DNA from: Vampirovibrionaceae bacterium NZW_1234
Lineage (GTDB): Bacteria > Cyanobacteriota > Vampirovibrionia > Vampirovibrionales > JAGQHJ01
Reading direction: 5' to 3'
Assembly: GCA_041697335.1 (NCBI GenBank)
Contig: JBGUGD010000014.1
Span: 32,001 to 96,000 of the forward strand
Length of the DNA: 64,000 nt
The position numbers and the translations under genes are program-made. The first letter of the stretch is position 1. Each line of letters opens with the position of its first letter. The notes below the pieces were generated by a model. The model made no database searches and was not told the origin of the DNA. It saw nothing but the letters and a program-made list of their open reading frames with translations. Positions 48,142 to 57,922 of the stretch are shown piece by piece.

Positions 48142-49800
48142 TTAGTGAGGCAGGGGTAGGGTTACCGTAAAGAGATACCCCAAGCCAGGGGTTGAGTCGA
48201 ATGTCAGATTGCCACCATGAAGTTCAATCAGTTGTTTTGCAAGAGCGACACCATGCCCCAAACCGTGACTCATCTGTGCTGACGTGTGGAAATCGAAGTC
48301 TTCAGACAAGGCATCCGGTATGTGTTCCGACACACGCTGGCCCGAATCCTTGATCGTCAAGACTAGAGCACTCTGCTGAGACTGCTTTTGAATAGTCACT
48401 TCCACACCCCCATGCGTTGGGCTTAATTGAATCCCATGTTTAATGAGTTGATACAGGATTTGACGCAACCGGATTGGATCAGCCAAGACCCTTGTTAAAT
48501 TGGGCTGAACATCAAACGTCAAGTTTATCTCACGGCTCTGAGCCAATTCTCTGAAAATTTTTTCAAGATTTGTAACCAGCGCCGGCAATTCAATCCACTC
48601 GTAAAACAAGGTCATCTCGCCAGATTCCAGCTTGGCCATATCCATAGTCGTATTCATCATGTCCAGTAAATAGCGACTACTGAGTCTCATATTTTCGACA
48701 AAGCGTGTCACTTTCGGGTCAGCATGCTGATGTAAAACGCTGTCCAGCAGGTCTGCATAACCAATTATCGCCGTCAAAGGGGTTCGACACTGATGTGACA
48801 GCATGGCCAAAAATTGTGTCTGACGCTGCTTTAACACCCAGAGTTCATGGCATTTTTCTTCCAACATCAGGCCCAATTGACTGAAGTCGGCCAGGCAAGA
48901 GACCTGGGATACCATGACTTTGAGCAATTCCAAAGCCTCTGGCGACCATGAAACATCTTCTCCCCGGCACCAAACCTGAAACAGACCCAGACATTGTCCC
49001 TGAACTCGAACCGGAACATTAATGACTTGAGTAACCTTCGCGTCCAACCACTCTGCTCGATCCACAGGGTGTCCCGCGGCCAAAAGGTCTTTGGCATGCC
49101 AGACTCCCCATTGGGATAGTACAGCAGTATGGCGCATCAGAGGCAAATTACCGGATTGAACAGATTCCTGGGTATTCGAAGATGCCGACGGAAAAAACGT
49201 ATAGGTTTCATTCGCTTCACCATCACAGGCGTACCACCAATAATGCACGGATTCGGTCTGACTCATCACGCGAATCTGGTTCAAAATCTGTTCGATCAGT
49301 TGCTGTGCGTCAGACCGCTTTGGTTTATCCTGAAAAAAATGACACACGTTAGCAAAAACCGCATTTTTTGCGTATGTTGCCATCGGCAGTGTCGTCAGAC
49401 AGGCGTCCTGATGCTCTGCCTCAGGTACCCACAGGATAATCTGGGGCGTCCCCCCGGCATGTTTATAGCAGACACATCGAACGTTTTGGGTATACCCTGC
49501 GGGGTGAAGGAACTGTAGTTCAATGTGGGCCAAATCGGCCTCTCCAATCTCATCGGCCAGGTAAGTATAAAAACTACCGATCTGTGCCAGCTCCGAAGCC
49601 AGTCGTGATTTTATGCTCTGTCCGAGAATCGGCTGCCCAGCAATGCCCAAAAAAGAGAGTGCGGCGGGGTTTAAATAAACAACCCGATCATGTTGATCGA
49701 TGCCCAACACGACATCCGATAATTGGTCCACGAGCTGCCGAAACGGATTGAATTCCTCAGGAATGGAGGAACACTGGGGTTCCTCGGAGTATGCCAACAT
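48142..49800 (-). CDS. PAS-GAF-HisKA-HATPase sensor histidine kinase with degenerate ATP-binding boxes
   Basis: PAS (VVYLNPAA), GAF (INVPVRVQGQCLG), SHQCRTPL, ADPIRLRQIL, LIELHGG. Confidence 0.85.
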   Translation of the reverse strand: MLAYSEEPQCSSIPEEFNPFRQLVDQLSDVVLGIDQHDRVVYLNPAALSFLGIAGQPILGQSIKSRLASELAQIGSFYTYLADEIGEADLAHIELQFLHPAGYTQNVRCVCYKHAGGTPQIILWVPEAEHQDACLTTLPMATYAKNAVFANVCHFFQDKPKRSDAQQLIEQILNQIRVMSQTESVHYWWYACDGEANETYTFFPSASSNTQESVQSGNLPLMRHTAVLSQWGVWHAKDLLAAGHPVDRAEWLDAKVTQVINVPVRVQGQCLGLFQVWCRGEDVSWSPEALELLKVMVSQVSCLADFSQLGLMLEEKCHELWVLKQRQTQFLAMLSHQCRTPLTAIIGYADLLDSVLHQHADPKVTRFVENMRLSSRYLLDMMNTTMDMAKLESGEMTLFYEWIELPALVTNLEKIFRELAQSREINLTFDVQPNLTRVLADPIRLRQILYQLIKHGIQLSPTHGGVEVTIQKQSQQSALVLTIKDSGQRVSEHIPDALSEDFDFHTSAQMSHGLGHGVALAKQLIELHGGNLTFDSTPGLGYLFTVTLPLPH

Positions 49801-50069
49801 GAATGACGTTAATTACCTACCAATACGCAACAAGCACAGGGTTATTATATTCTTGAGCCCGATATTGAACTATCGCCCTGGTGACTAATAGCCCAAAATG
49901 CAAATTTGTTTCTCATCGATTTTCGTTGCGCTCAGACAAGCACCTTGCGCCCAATGAAAGGATTGACTGATAGCTTTTTGCTATCGAGTGTCTCTAAAGA
50001 CGGGCCAGCACAAACCGTGCTATAGTATTCGCCTTTTAACACTACTCAGCCTGGAAAGAGTTGACCGCC

Positions 50070-50792
50070 ATGTTGGATATGACCGATAAACACTTGCTGA
50101 CCTTTGATTGCTACGGAACCCTGATCGATTGGGAAAACGGGATCCTGTCTGCACTAAAACCCGTATTCTCGTTACACAATATTGAGCTTGATGACAATGC
50201 CATACTGGAAGCGTACGGTCAGGCCGAAAGCACTTGCCAAGAAGGCGCTTTCAAACCCTATCGACTGATTTTATCCGACGTTATGGATGTACTTGGACAA
50301 CAGCTTGGCTTTACTCCAACCCCTCAGCAAAGCACTCTGCTGGCTGAATCCATTGCCCATTGGCAGCCCTTCCCCGATACGATCGCCGCACTGCAAGCAT
50401 TGAAAAGCAAATACAAGCTCGCCATTCTGTCCAATATTGATGATGATTTGTTTGAACACTCTGCCCGTCTTCTGGGTAATGAATTCGATTGGGTTGTGAC
50501 TGCTGAACAGGTGCAAAGCTACAAACCTGGGCACGCGCATTTTCACAAAATTCAGGAACTCAGTGGCATTGCCCCATCACACTGGGTCCACGTTGCGCAA
50601 AGCCTTCATCATGACATTATTCCGTCAAAAGCCCTGGGCATTCCCAACATCTGGATCAACCGCCGGGCCGACAATCCGGGTTTTGGAGCAACTAAGCCTG
50701 CACAAACCACGCCAGATATGACCTTTCCCTCTTTAGACGCGTTTGCGGCCTACGCCCTCAACACTGCAACAATGCCCTTATCAGCGCATTAG
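50070..50792 (+). CDS. HAD-superfamily haloacid dehalogenase type II
   Basis: LTFDCYGTLIDWE, LSNID, YKP, HVAQSLHHD. Confidence 0.93.
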   Translation: MLDMTDKHLLTFDCYGTLIDWENGILSALKPVFSLHNIELDDNAILEAYGQAESTCQEGAFKPYRLILSDVMDVLGQQLGFTPTPQQSTLLAESIAHWQPFPDTIAALQALKSKYKLAILSNIDDDLFEHSARLLGNEFDWVVTAEQVQSYKPGHAHFHKIQELSGIAPSHWVHVAQSLHHDIIPSKALGIPNIWINRRADNPGFGATKPAQTTPDMTFPSLDAFAAYALNTATMPLSAH

Positions 50793-50852
50793 CCTGTCAC
50801 GTCTAGCGGTTCCCCTTCGCAAAGAAATATTACGAACCCCAGTCTCCAAAAT

Positions 50853-50879
50853 TTAATTTTCAGACATCCTTTCCGATAT
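50853..50879 (+). promoter_or_regulatory. Sigma-28-like promoter
   Basis: TTAA-N15-TCCGATAT, about 40 nt upstream of the 50921 start. Confidence 0.45.
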
Positions 50880-50920
50880 ACCTTTATATATAATTATAGG
50901 TAATTTGGAGAAGATGGAGA

Positions 50921-51283
50921 TTGAATAAGCGTTGGTACGATTCTGAACCGTCCGTGTCGATGGCTATCAGTCTGCTGCAGAATACCTCACGAGAGAATCG
51001 GGACCATGCCACAACGTGGCTTGAATCTCGCGTGATGAAGCTAAACCCCCATGCAATTCCCACAGTGGCCACCCAACACCAGGGAAACTGGATGTTACGA
51101 CTGATTCAAAAGCGCAAGACATTGACCGAAAAGCTCTGGGTTGTCATTGAATCCTTACGCCATGTGCCGGAAACCGATCGCCGCAGTTTGGCATCAGACC
51201 TCATCAATTATATCGACTACCTCGAACATGAGGCTGATCCGGAGGACTTATTCTCAACGAATCAACTTGAGGCCGTCTTATAA
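50921..51283 (+). CDS. Hypothetical protein
   Basis: 120-aa ORF with SD GGAGA and a terminator downstream. Confidence 0.7.
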   Translation: MNKRWYDSEPSVSMAISLLQNTSRENRDHATTWLESRVMKLNPHAIPTVATQHQGNWMLRLIQKRKTLTEKLWVVIESLRHVPETDRRSLASDLINYIDYLEHEADPEDLFSTNQLEAVL

Positions 51284-51315
51284 CCGACCCTTGTGGTCGT
51301 AGATTCACGATTTCT

Positions 51316-51346
51316 AAAACCGCCTGGGCTTCCTGGCGGTTTTTTT
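51316..51346 (+). terminator. Intrinsic terminator
   Basis: AAAACCGCC-TGGGCTTCCT-GGCGG followed by a T run. Confidence 0.75.
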
Positions 51347-51584
51347 CACGCACGCAAGACCCAAGAACCCCCAGCTCCCATTGCGGTGACTTACCCCGAG
51401 AAGACCCAGTCTAAAGAGACATTAACCGATTTGTAAACGTTTTTTCCAAGTAAGGCAATTTTGGACTGAAATTTGTTTTTTTTTAAGTACATCTAAAGTA
51501 TGCCCTATTGGCTTGCGGGGCATTCAAAAATAAACGAACTGTAGGAAACAAGAGAGAGAGAAGAGAGAGAGGAACTTAGGCCGT

Positions 51585-51785
51585 ATGACAGAATTGGAAT
51601 TATTTGATAATCTCGGGATTCTGCTGGATCCAGAGCAGAATCGCGTCAGTGTCACACCTGCCATCCGAGAGAACATCAATATGCTGTCGAGTGTGTTCTC
51701 CGAGATGAATACGCAAAAAAGACGTTTTGGGACCTTAAACCCCGATATCTGGCTTGAGCTGATTCCCTGGCACAGCCTGAACTAA
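51585..51785 (+). CDS. Small hypothetical protein
   Basis: 66-aa ORF after an (AG)n purine tract; followed by hairpin GCAGCCACCCC/GGGGTGGCTGC. Confidence 0.55.
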   Translation: MTELELFDNLGILLDPEQNRVSVTPAIRENINMLSSVFSEMNTQKRRFGTLNPDIWLELIPWHSLN

Positions 51786-51888
51786 GACTCCGTCTGTATA
51801 AAAACCGCAGCCACCCCATATGGGGTGGCTGCGCTCATTTGTCTCATCATCCGGCCCCAGACATTATCCATATCCCGCCTAAAATACA

Positions 51889-52626
51889 GTGTTCGATAGA
51901 GGGTATCCCCTCTCAAGTCCTACGCCTAAACGATACGAGCAACAAGAATCCAACCCTATACTAACAGTAGCAAGTACGTTGATGGACGACAAACCGATGA
52001 TGTTGGGAACAAAAGACCAGATTCTCAGGCAAATTCGCCAAATCAATCAGAAAGTCCAGCTTAAATCGATTGTTACCTCGGCCCCTTTTATGGTGACCGT
52101 GGGGATGACCTCACTGATTCTGGGCGGCTTCGGGGGCAGCTATATGCTCCAGCAAGCGGAAGAAGGGGTCTATCCCCCGCTTTCAAAATCCGCGTTCGAG
52201 ATTTTCACAACACGGCCGGAAAGTGGTGTTAAGCCTCCGGCAAAGCCTAACGTTCATGCTGATGAACAGCCTGAGCCTAAAGACTTTTTATCCGAAGCAT
52301 CTGTTTCCTCCCAGAACGACCTCGAAAGCGACGGGTTCAGCCTGCTGGGCCTGGAAGCGGGCGCAACAAGCCCACCGAAATCAGCCCGAGTAGAGACGAT
52401 GCAATATGACCCCTTTGCCCCTCTGGAAGCCAAACGCCCCTATTTAATACCGCCTGAAGATCTCACTCAGAACCACGCACTGGATTCCACAGCGCAAGGA
52501 GACTTTCCATTTTTCCGGGATGTCATTGGCAGTGGCGCCAACGATTACTTGGCTCCAACGGAAGAAACCACCGAGCAGATTACGTCAGACCCAATCTTGC
52601 CTGACTTTGTCCCGGAGCGCTCGTAA
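51889..52626 (+). CDS. Hypothetical single-TM protein with acidic/Pro-rich C-terminus
   Basis: 245-aa ORF with one hydrophobic segment; start uncertain. Confidence 0.6.
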   Translation: MFDRGYPLSSPTPKRYEQQESNPILTVASTLMDDKPMMLGTKDQILRQIRQINQKVQLKSIVTSAPFMVTVGMTSLILGGFGGSYMLQQAEEGVYPPLSKSAFEIFTTRPESGVKPPAKPNVHADEQPEPKDFLSEASVSSQNDLESDGFSLLGLEAGATSPPKSARVETMQYDPFAPLEAKRPYLIPPEDLTQNHALDSTAQGDFPFFRDVIGSGANDYLAPTEETTEQITSDPILPDFVPERS

Positions 52627-52720
52627 GCGAAGTCCGCTTTATTGTCTTCACCCGCCATAAGGCCAAAGTTGCCCTTCTCCACATGGACGATTCCTCAGGG
52701 TTCAGGCATAATCACATGCC

Positions 52721-55204
52721 ATGAGTGCTGTTGAAACCCGATACGCATTTGCCCAAGTTCTGGTGGATTTGGATGCCAAGGCCCTGGATAGGCGAACGTT
52801 TTCCTACGCCATCCCGGAAGGTATGGCCGGGTCCCTGGATATCGGCACGCCAGTGTCGGTCCCCTTCGGCCGAATGAAACTCATCAACGGCTACGTGGTC
52901 GGGTTTACCAACTTTGTGGATCCGGGGATTCGGGTCAAGGAAATAGCCGATATTTTAGACGAAGAACCCCTGTTTGACTTGCCCTATCTGGAATTTCTGG
53001 ATTGGGTGGCGCAGTATTATGCGACTCCCCTGGTGACGGTTCTCTCAGCCGCCCTACCCAGCAGCATTACGCAGAAGACCCGGCGGGAAGTCTTTTTAGA
53101 GACGCATCAACTGGCACCCGAATACACCTACCTGTTGCCTCGTCCAGCGCAAAAGATATTGGCCTTTTTAAAGGAACGCCCTCCCGGCAAGGGGGTTCGC
53201 GTGCGCTTTGTGGCCAGCCAGACCGGCCTGCCGCTGAAACTGGTCAACCAGCTCCTCTATAAATTTAAAGAAGAGGGTATCGTTCGCATCCAAAGCCAAG
53301 CCACAGGCTCCATGCGAGAGAAACGGGTCAAATGGATTCGTCTGGCGACCCCTGAGCCCCAACAATCCTTGACACCGAAACAAGCCGAAGTACTAAACCG
53401 GTTACAGCAAGTGCTGACCTCGGAAATGCCCTTAAGCGATGCGGCCGATCAAGCGCAAACCAATACGTCCATGCTTCAGAAACTTGCCGCGGCAGGCGCC
53501 ATTGATATTTTTGAAGCCCCAAAACATCGGGACAGGGATCCCTTAGCCTATTATGACGCCGTTAAACCGGCCCTCGGTGAGTTGATTTTAAACGACGAGC
53601 AATCTCGAGCCGTTCAGCGGGTTCTTGACGCAGAAGCACACTCACAACATCTGCTGTACGGGGTTACGGGTTCCGGTAAAACCGAAGTATACCTGGCTCT
53701 CACCAAAGCCGTTCTGGATGCAGGCCAGTCCGTTATGATTATGGTGCCGGAGATCTCACTGACCTCCCATATTGCCAAGCGTTTTATCCAGCGCTTTGGT
53801 CTGGAGCACATGGCCATTTGGCATAGTCATTTATCGGCAGGCGAGAAAGTGGATGCCTGGCGCCGAATCCATCAAGGCGAACTTCGGATTGTGATTGGGG
53901 CCCGCTCGGCCATTTTCACCCCCATGCAGAATCTGGGCCTGATTATCATGGACGAAGAACATGAAGGCAGCTTCAAGCAGGACAGCCCCGCCCCCCGTTA
54001 TCATGCCAAGACCCTGGCCATGGAGCTCAGTCATCGTACCGGGGCCAAGCTGGTTTTGGGCAGTGCCACACCGGATGTTGAGACGTTTTACCACGCCAAG
54101 CAAGACGATCGCATTCTTCCCTTAACCCAACGCTACGCCGGGCGGTCACTGCCCGATGTTACCGTGGTGGACATGCACCACGAAAAGTCTCTAGGCCAAC
54201 AGGGCATCTTGTCCAACGCCCTTCGAGTGGCCCTTCAGGCTTCGGTGGAAGCCCAGGATCAGGCCATTATCCTTCTGAACCGCCGGGGCTTTTACACCAT
54301 GATCACCTGCAACAACTGTGACGAGGTGTTCCAATGCCCCCACTGCGCCGTGGCACTCACCTACCATCGCTACCGGGAAAAGGTACGCTGCCACTACTGT
54401 GGCCATGAAGCCGACAAGCCCCAGTTCTGCCCCCACTGCGCCAGCTTTGATCTGGCATTTGGAGGGACCGGAACCCAGCGCCTGGAAGAAGAAGTGGCCG
54501 ACTTTTTGCCGGACGCCCGTATTTTGCGCCTGGACAGCGATGTGATGCAGAAAAAGTTCGCCCATCGGGATATCCTGGAAGCTTTTAGTGCTCATCAGGC
54601 CGATATTTTGATCGGAACCCAGATGGTGGCCAAGGGGCTGGATATTGCCAATGTGACCTTGGTGGGTGTTGTTTCGGCCGATACGACGCTGGCCTTGCCG
54701 GACTACAAGGCATCCGAGCGGGGCTTTCAGCTTCTGACCCAGGTAGCCGGTCGCTCAGGACGAGGTGAAAAACCCGGACGAGTCATTATCCAGAGTTTCC
54801 AGCCCCAACATCCGGTCATTCTCAGGGCCCAGGATCAGGATTATCTGGGCTTCTATGAAGACGAATTGATACGGCGCCAGGAATTTGACTTTCCGCCCTT
54901 CAGCCAGCTCTTTCGCTTTATTGTCAGCTGCCCTGACGAGTTTCGAGCCCAAAACTTCATCAAGGCGGCTGCCATTAACCTGCAGCAGCTTTTGGAAGAA
55001 GCGGGTCTGAGCGGGCAAGTCAATATGCTGGGACCGGCTCCGTGCGTAATTGCCCGGATCCAGGGCCGGTTTCGGTATCATCTGATGGTTAAAAACAAGC
55101 GCGGCGAAGAGGCACATCGGCTGATCACCCGCTTTTATCAACACGTCCAGGCCCCCGAAGATCTGAACTTTTTGTTGGACGTCGATGCCCAGAGTTTCCT
55201 ATGA
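52721..55204 (+). CDS. priA: Primosomal protein N'
   Basis: GVTGSGKTEVY, DEEHE, LGSATP, LNRRG, Cys-rich Zn motifs, GTQMVAKGLD, QVAGRSGR. Confidence 0.97.
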   Translation: MSAVETRYAFAQVLVDLDAKALDRRTFSYAIPEGMAGSLDIGTPVSVPFGRMKLINGYVVGFTNFVDPGIRVKEIADILDEEPLFDLPYLEFLDWVAQYYATPLVTVLSAALPSSITQKTRREVFLETHQLAPEYTYLLPRPAQKILAFLKERPPGKGVRVRFVASQTGLPLKLVNQLLYKFKEEGIVRIQSQATGSMREKRVKWIRLATPEPQQSLTPKQAEVLNRLQQVLTSEMPLSDAADQAQTNTSMLQKLAAAGAIDIFEAPKHRDRDPLAYYDAVKPALGELILNDEQSRAVQRVLDAEAHSQHLLYGVTGSGKTEVYLALTKAVLDAGQSVMIMVPEISLTSHIAKRFIQRFGLEHMAIWHSHLSAGEKVDAWRRIHQGELRIVIGARSAIFTPMQNLGLIIMDEEHEGSFKQDSPAPRYHAKTLAMELSHRTGAKLVLGSATPDVETFYHAKQDDRILPLTQRYAGRSLPDVTVVDMHHEKSLGQQGILSNALRVALQASVEAQDQAIILLNRRGFYTMITCNNCDEVFQCPHCAVALTYHRYREKVRCHYCGHEADKPQFCPHCASFDLAFGGTGTQRLEEEVADFLPDARILRLDSDVMQKKFAHRDILEAFSAHQADILIGTQMVAKGLDIANVTLVGVVSADTTLALPDYKASERGFQLLTQVAGRSGRGEKPGRVIIQSFQPQHPVILRAQDQDYLGFYEDELIRRQEFDFPPFSQLFRFIVSCPDEFRAQNFIKAAAINLQQLLEEAGLSGQVNMLGPAPCVIARIQGRFRYHLMVKNKRGEEAHRLITRFYQHVQAPEDLNFLLDVDAQSFL

Positions 55205-55791
55205 TGCCTGACGATTCCCAATCCGCCCCGGTTAGCCGCAAAGACTTTATCGAGCAAGGCATGCGCTCCCTATTAGGCGCCCTTGCCGATAGCCTTCCAT
55301 CGTTTAGCCCGCAGGAGGAAACCCCGCCCCCCCAAAAGCCATTGCTGCGGCCTCCAGGAGCCCTTCCAGGAAGTGCCTTTACCGAGACCTGCCAACCCCA
55401 TTGCGAGGCTTGCCGGAATGTATGCCCTCGGCATGCCATTTTTGAAGACAGCCAGGGACTTCCCTATATTGACCCCCACACAGCCCCTTGCGTCATGTGT
55501 GTGGACGTCCCATGCACACAGATCTGCCCCACAGAGGCGCTACAACCCCTCAGCACGCCCAATGCCATTCGGATGGGAACCGCCGTCATTGAACTCACCG
55601 TATGCACAGCCTACCAAGGCTCGGGATGCACCCAGTGTTATGAGAGCTGCCCGATTCCCGAACAGGCCATCCGCCTGAACGAAGGGCTCCCTGAAATTTT
55701 GTCGCAAGAATGTACCGGTTGTGGTGTCTGTGTGTTTGACTGCCCCACCCTGGGCGCCATCACCATTCATCCCCCTGCACTGATTGCTTGA
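55201..55791 (+). CDS. 4Fe-4S dicluster ferredoxin, NapG/MauM family
   Basis: LRPPGAL, four CxxCxxxCP clusters, MGTAVI, CTGCGVCVFDCP. Confidence 0.88.
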   Translation: MMPDDSQSAPVSRKDFIEQGMRSLLGALADSLPSFSPQEETPPPQKPLLRPPGALPGSAFTETCQPHCEACRNVCPRHAIFEDSQGLPYIDPHTAPCVMCVDVPCTQICPTEALQPLSTPNAIRMGTAVIELTVCTAYQGSGCTQCYESCPIPEQAIRLNEGLPEILSQECTGCGVCVFDCPTLGAITIHPPALIA

Positions 55792-55838
55792 AACGGGTAC
55801 ATCGCTCCATTTAGACCGTATTCGGCCATTCCAGAACA

Positions 55839-55867
55839 AGAGGAACGGAAAAATTTTCCGTTCCTCT
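55839..55867. repeat. REP-like palindrome, copy 2
   Basis: AGAGGAACGGAAAA-A-TTTTCCGTTCCTCT. Confidence 0.55.
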
Positions 55868-55909
55868 CAGAGGAGCCTGTACACTTTCGACGTGAAACGA
55901 CTCAAAGGG

Positions 55910-57139
55910 CTACGCCTGGCTGGGATTCCGAAAATGCAGATACCCCATGCGCCACAGCTGGGTTAAAAACTCCCGGCCTTTGACCTGGCGCTTAGCCTCA
56001 CTCATGGCCATATCGGCACTATTGATGCAGTCACGGACGGTTTTGGTGCCGTCCACCTGGCGCAGCAAGGCCGCATAGGATTTCCCCAGGGTCATTCTTG
56101 GCGAATAGTTCCGTTGAATCACCAGGCCTTCCGGGGTGTCCGCCCCGACATCAAAGGCGTCTCCCATCCGGTTAACCGGCACGTAATTCCAAAACGCCTC
56201 GCTGGCCAGATCCAGATGATAGGTCTCTTTGGGCCTATCCGAGCGGCAGGCATAAAAGCGATGCTGGAACAGGCGCCCGTGAATGAGCTCCATGGCCTGC
56301 CAGAGCTGCTCGTCGGATAAATCGTTCAGCCGCTCGCGTAACTGTGGCATCTTGGCCATTTGCCCGTCGGGGTAGTAAAAATAATTCTCCTTCCAGCCCT
56401 GAAACGTAAACCCGCTGTCCTTCAACAGGTCCAGGCAATCCGTTACCGAATAGCCCTTATCATAGGCGTGGATAAAGGTATCCACCAGCCCGGCCCCAAA
56501 ATCCAGGCTCTCTCCTTCGCCCTGCATATACACGTTAACATAGTGGTCCGGTGAGACCCCTTGCAGGGTTTCCCGGATAATGGCCAAACTCTCGTCATCC
56601 TGCTTCAAGCCAATGGTCCGAAACAGGTCCTGCAACATATACACCCCGGTCCGGCCATACTTCCCGTACAGCATCAGAAAAATGCTGCCTTCCGGCCTTA
56701 ATACCGAGCGCAACGCCGACAGGGCTTCCACCGGCTCAGGAATGTGGTGCAGCACCCCGCAACAATCAATCAGATCAAAGTCCTTCCCCAGGCTGGCAAC
56801 CTCCTGAATGGGCAGGTGGTGCAGTGTCAGGTTATCCAACTGGTGCTTTTGTTTCAAATAACGCTGGTGTTCCAGACTGCTGGTACTGAGATCAATACCC
56901 ACCACACGGGCTTGAGGGTGGGTATAGGCATACCGGGCCGCCGAGTTGGTCCCGCATCCGGCCACTAAAATATCCAGTTCCGGCTGATAGGCCGGTGCCG
57001 TGGGCCAGTATGCCCAGCACATCTGTTGCGGATCGCTGGCATTTCGCACGCCTGGCGGCTCCTGAGACAGATCCATAACGGGCTCAGGGTACATCCACTT
57101 TTCATACTGAGCCTTAACGTGCGCTTGTGTGTCCAACAT
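55910..57139 (-). CDS. Class I SAM-dependent methyltransferase
   Basis: V..QYE..YP, ILVAGCGT, GIDLS, FDLIDCCGVLHH, LRPEG. Confidence 0.9.
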   Translation of the reverse strand: MLDTQAHVKAQYEKWMYPEPVMDLSQEPPGVRNASDPQQMCWAYWPTAPAYQPELDILVAGCGTNSAARYAYTHPQARVVGIDLSTSSLEHQRYLKQKHQLDNLTLHHLPIQEVASLGKDFDLIDCCGVLHHIPEPVEALSALRSVLRPEGSIFLMLYGKYGRTGVYMLQDLFRTIGLKQDDESLAIIRETLQGVSPDHYVNVYMQGEGESLDFGAGLVDTFIHAYDKGYSVTDCLDLLKDSGFTFQGWKENYFYYPDGQMAKMPQLRERLNDLSDEQLWQAMELIHGRLFQHRFYACRSDRPKETYHLDLASEAFWNYVPVNRMGDAFDVGADTPEGLVIQRNYSPRMTLGKSYAALLRQVDGTKTVRDCINSADMAMSEAKRQVKGREFLTQLWRMGYLHFRNPSQA

Positions 57140-57268
57140 ATCTGACTCCCATCCAGAACTGCTCTCTCGATACTTCCATTATAATCGGCCGCTGCCCTTG
57201 CCGACCCCACTTGATGGTGGGTTTTGCCGGGAGGGGACAAGCCCAGGAAAAGTTGATAAAATACGGCT

Positions 57269-57781
57269 ATGATCAAGTTCGTCAATAAACTGCGAGACTA
57301 TTTCGACCCGCCGCAATCGGGAACCATCGAGGGCGAATATTATATTCGCACCGGGGAATGTCATGGGTGTGGCCAGTGCTGTTCCGGCATTCACCTCATC
57401 CACGGGGACAAGGTGATTGATTCCATCGAAAAATGGAACAAGCTCAAAACCCGCTTTGAAGACTACAACTACTTCATTCCCGTGGAAGAAAACCACCTGG
57501 GCGTTGTCTTCAAGTGTCGTAACCTGCAGCCCGACAACTCCTGCGGCATTTATGACGATCGACCCATGTTCTGCAAAAAGTACCCCACCGAAGACACCCT
57601 GTTGTTTGGCGGAGCCTTATCTCCCCAGTGTGGGTACAGCTTTAAAGCCAAGTTCCAGTTTGATGACATTCTGAAGAAAGCCGCCGAAAAAAAGCATTTA
57701 AAGCCCGGCAAACTGTTGAACGACGTGGTTCCCAAACCCACCCCCAACGAATCCCCGGATAAAACCACGATTGCTGGCTAA
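57269..57781 (+). CDS. YkgJ/CxxCxxCC family Cys-cluster protein
   Basis: CHGCGQCC, C..L..D.SC.IYDDRPMFCKKYP, CG. Confidence 0.88.
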   Translation: MIKFVNKLRDYFDPPQSGTIEGEYYIRTGECHGCGQCCSGIHLIHGDKVIDSIEKWNKLKTRFEDYNYFIPVEENHLGVVFKCRNLQPDNSCGIYDDRPMFCKKYPTEDTLLFGGALSPQCGYSFKAKFQFDDILKKAAEKKHLKPGKLLNDVVPKPTPNESPDKTTIAG

Positions 57782-57922
57782 GAAGCTGTCTGCAAAGTCT
57801 CCCATTCTTGCATCTACTGCGTTACTCTGCTGCTCAGCTTCGTCACGTACTCAGGTACGCTCCTTGCCTCTGCTGTTCGCGCCTTGTAGCTGCTGCGCCT
57901 GGAAAACGTTTCAGACAGCTTC
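57782..57922. mobile_element. MITE-like element (141 bp) with terminal inverted repeats
   Basis: GAAGCTGTCTG...CAGACAGCTTC 11-bp perfect TIR; internal imperfect palindrome around CGTAC-tcag-GTACG; begins immediately after a stop codon. Confidence 0.6.
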
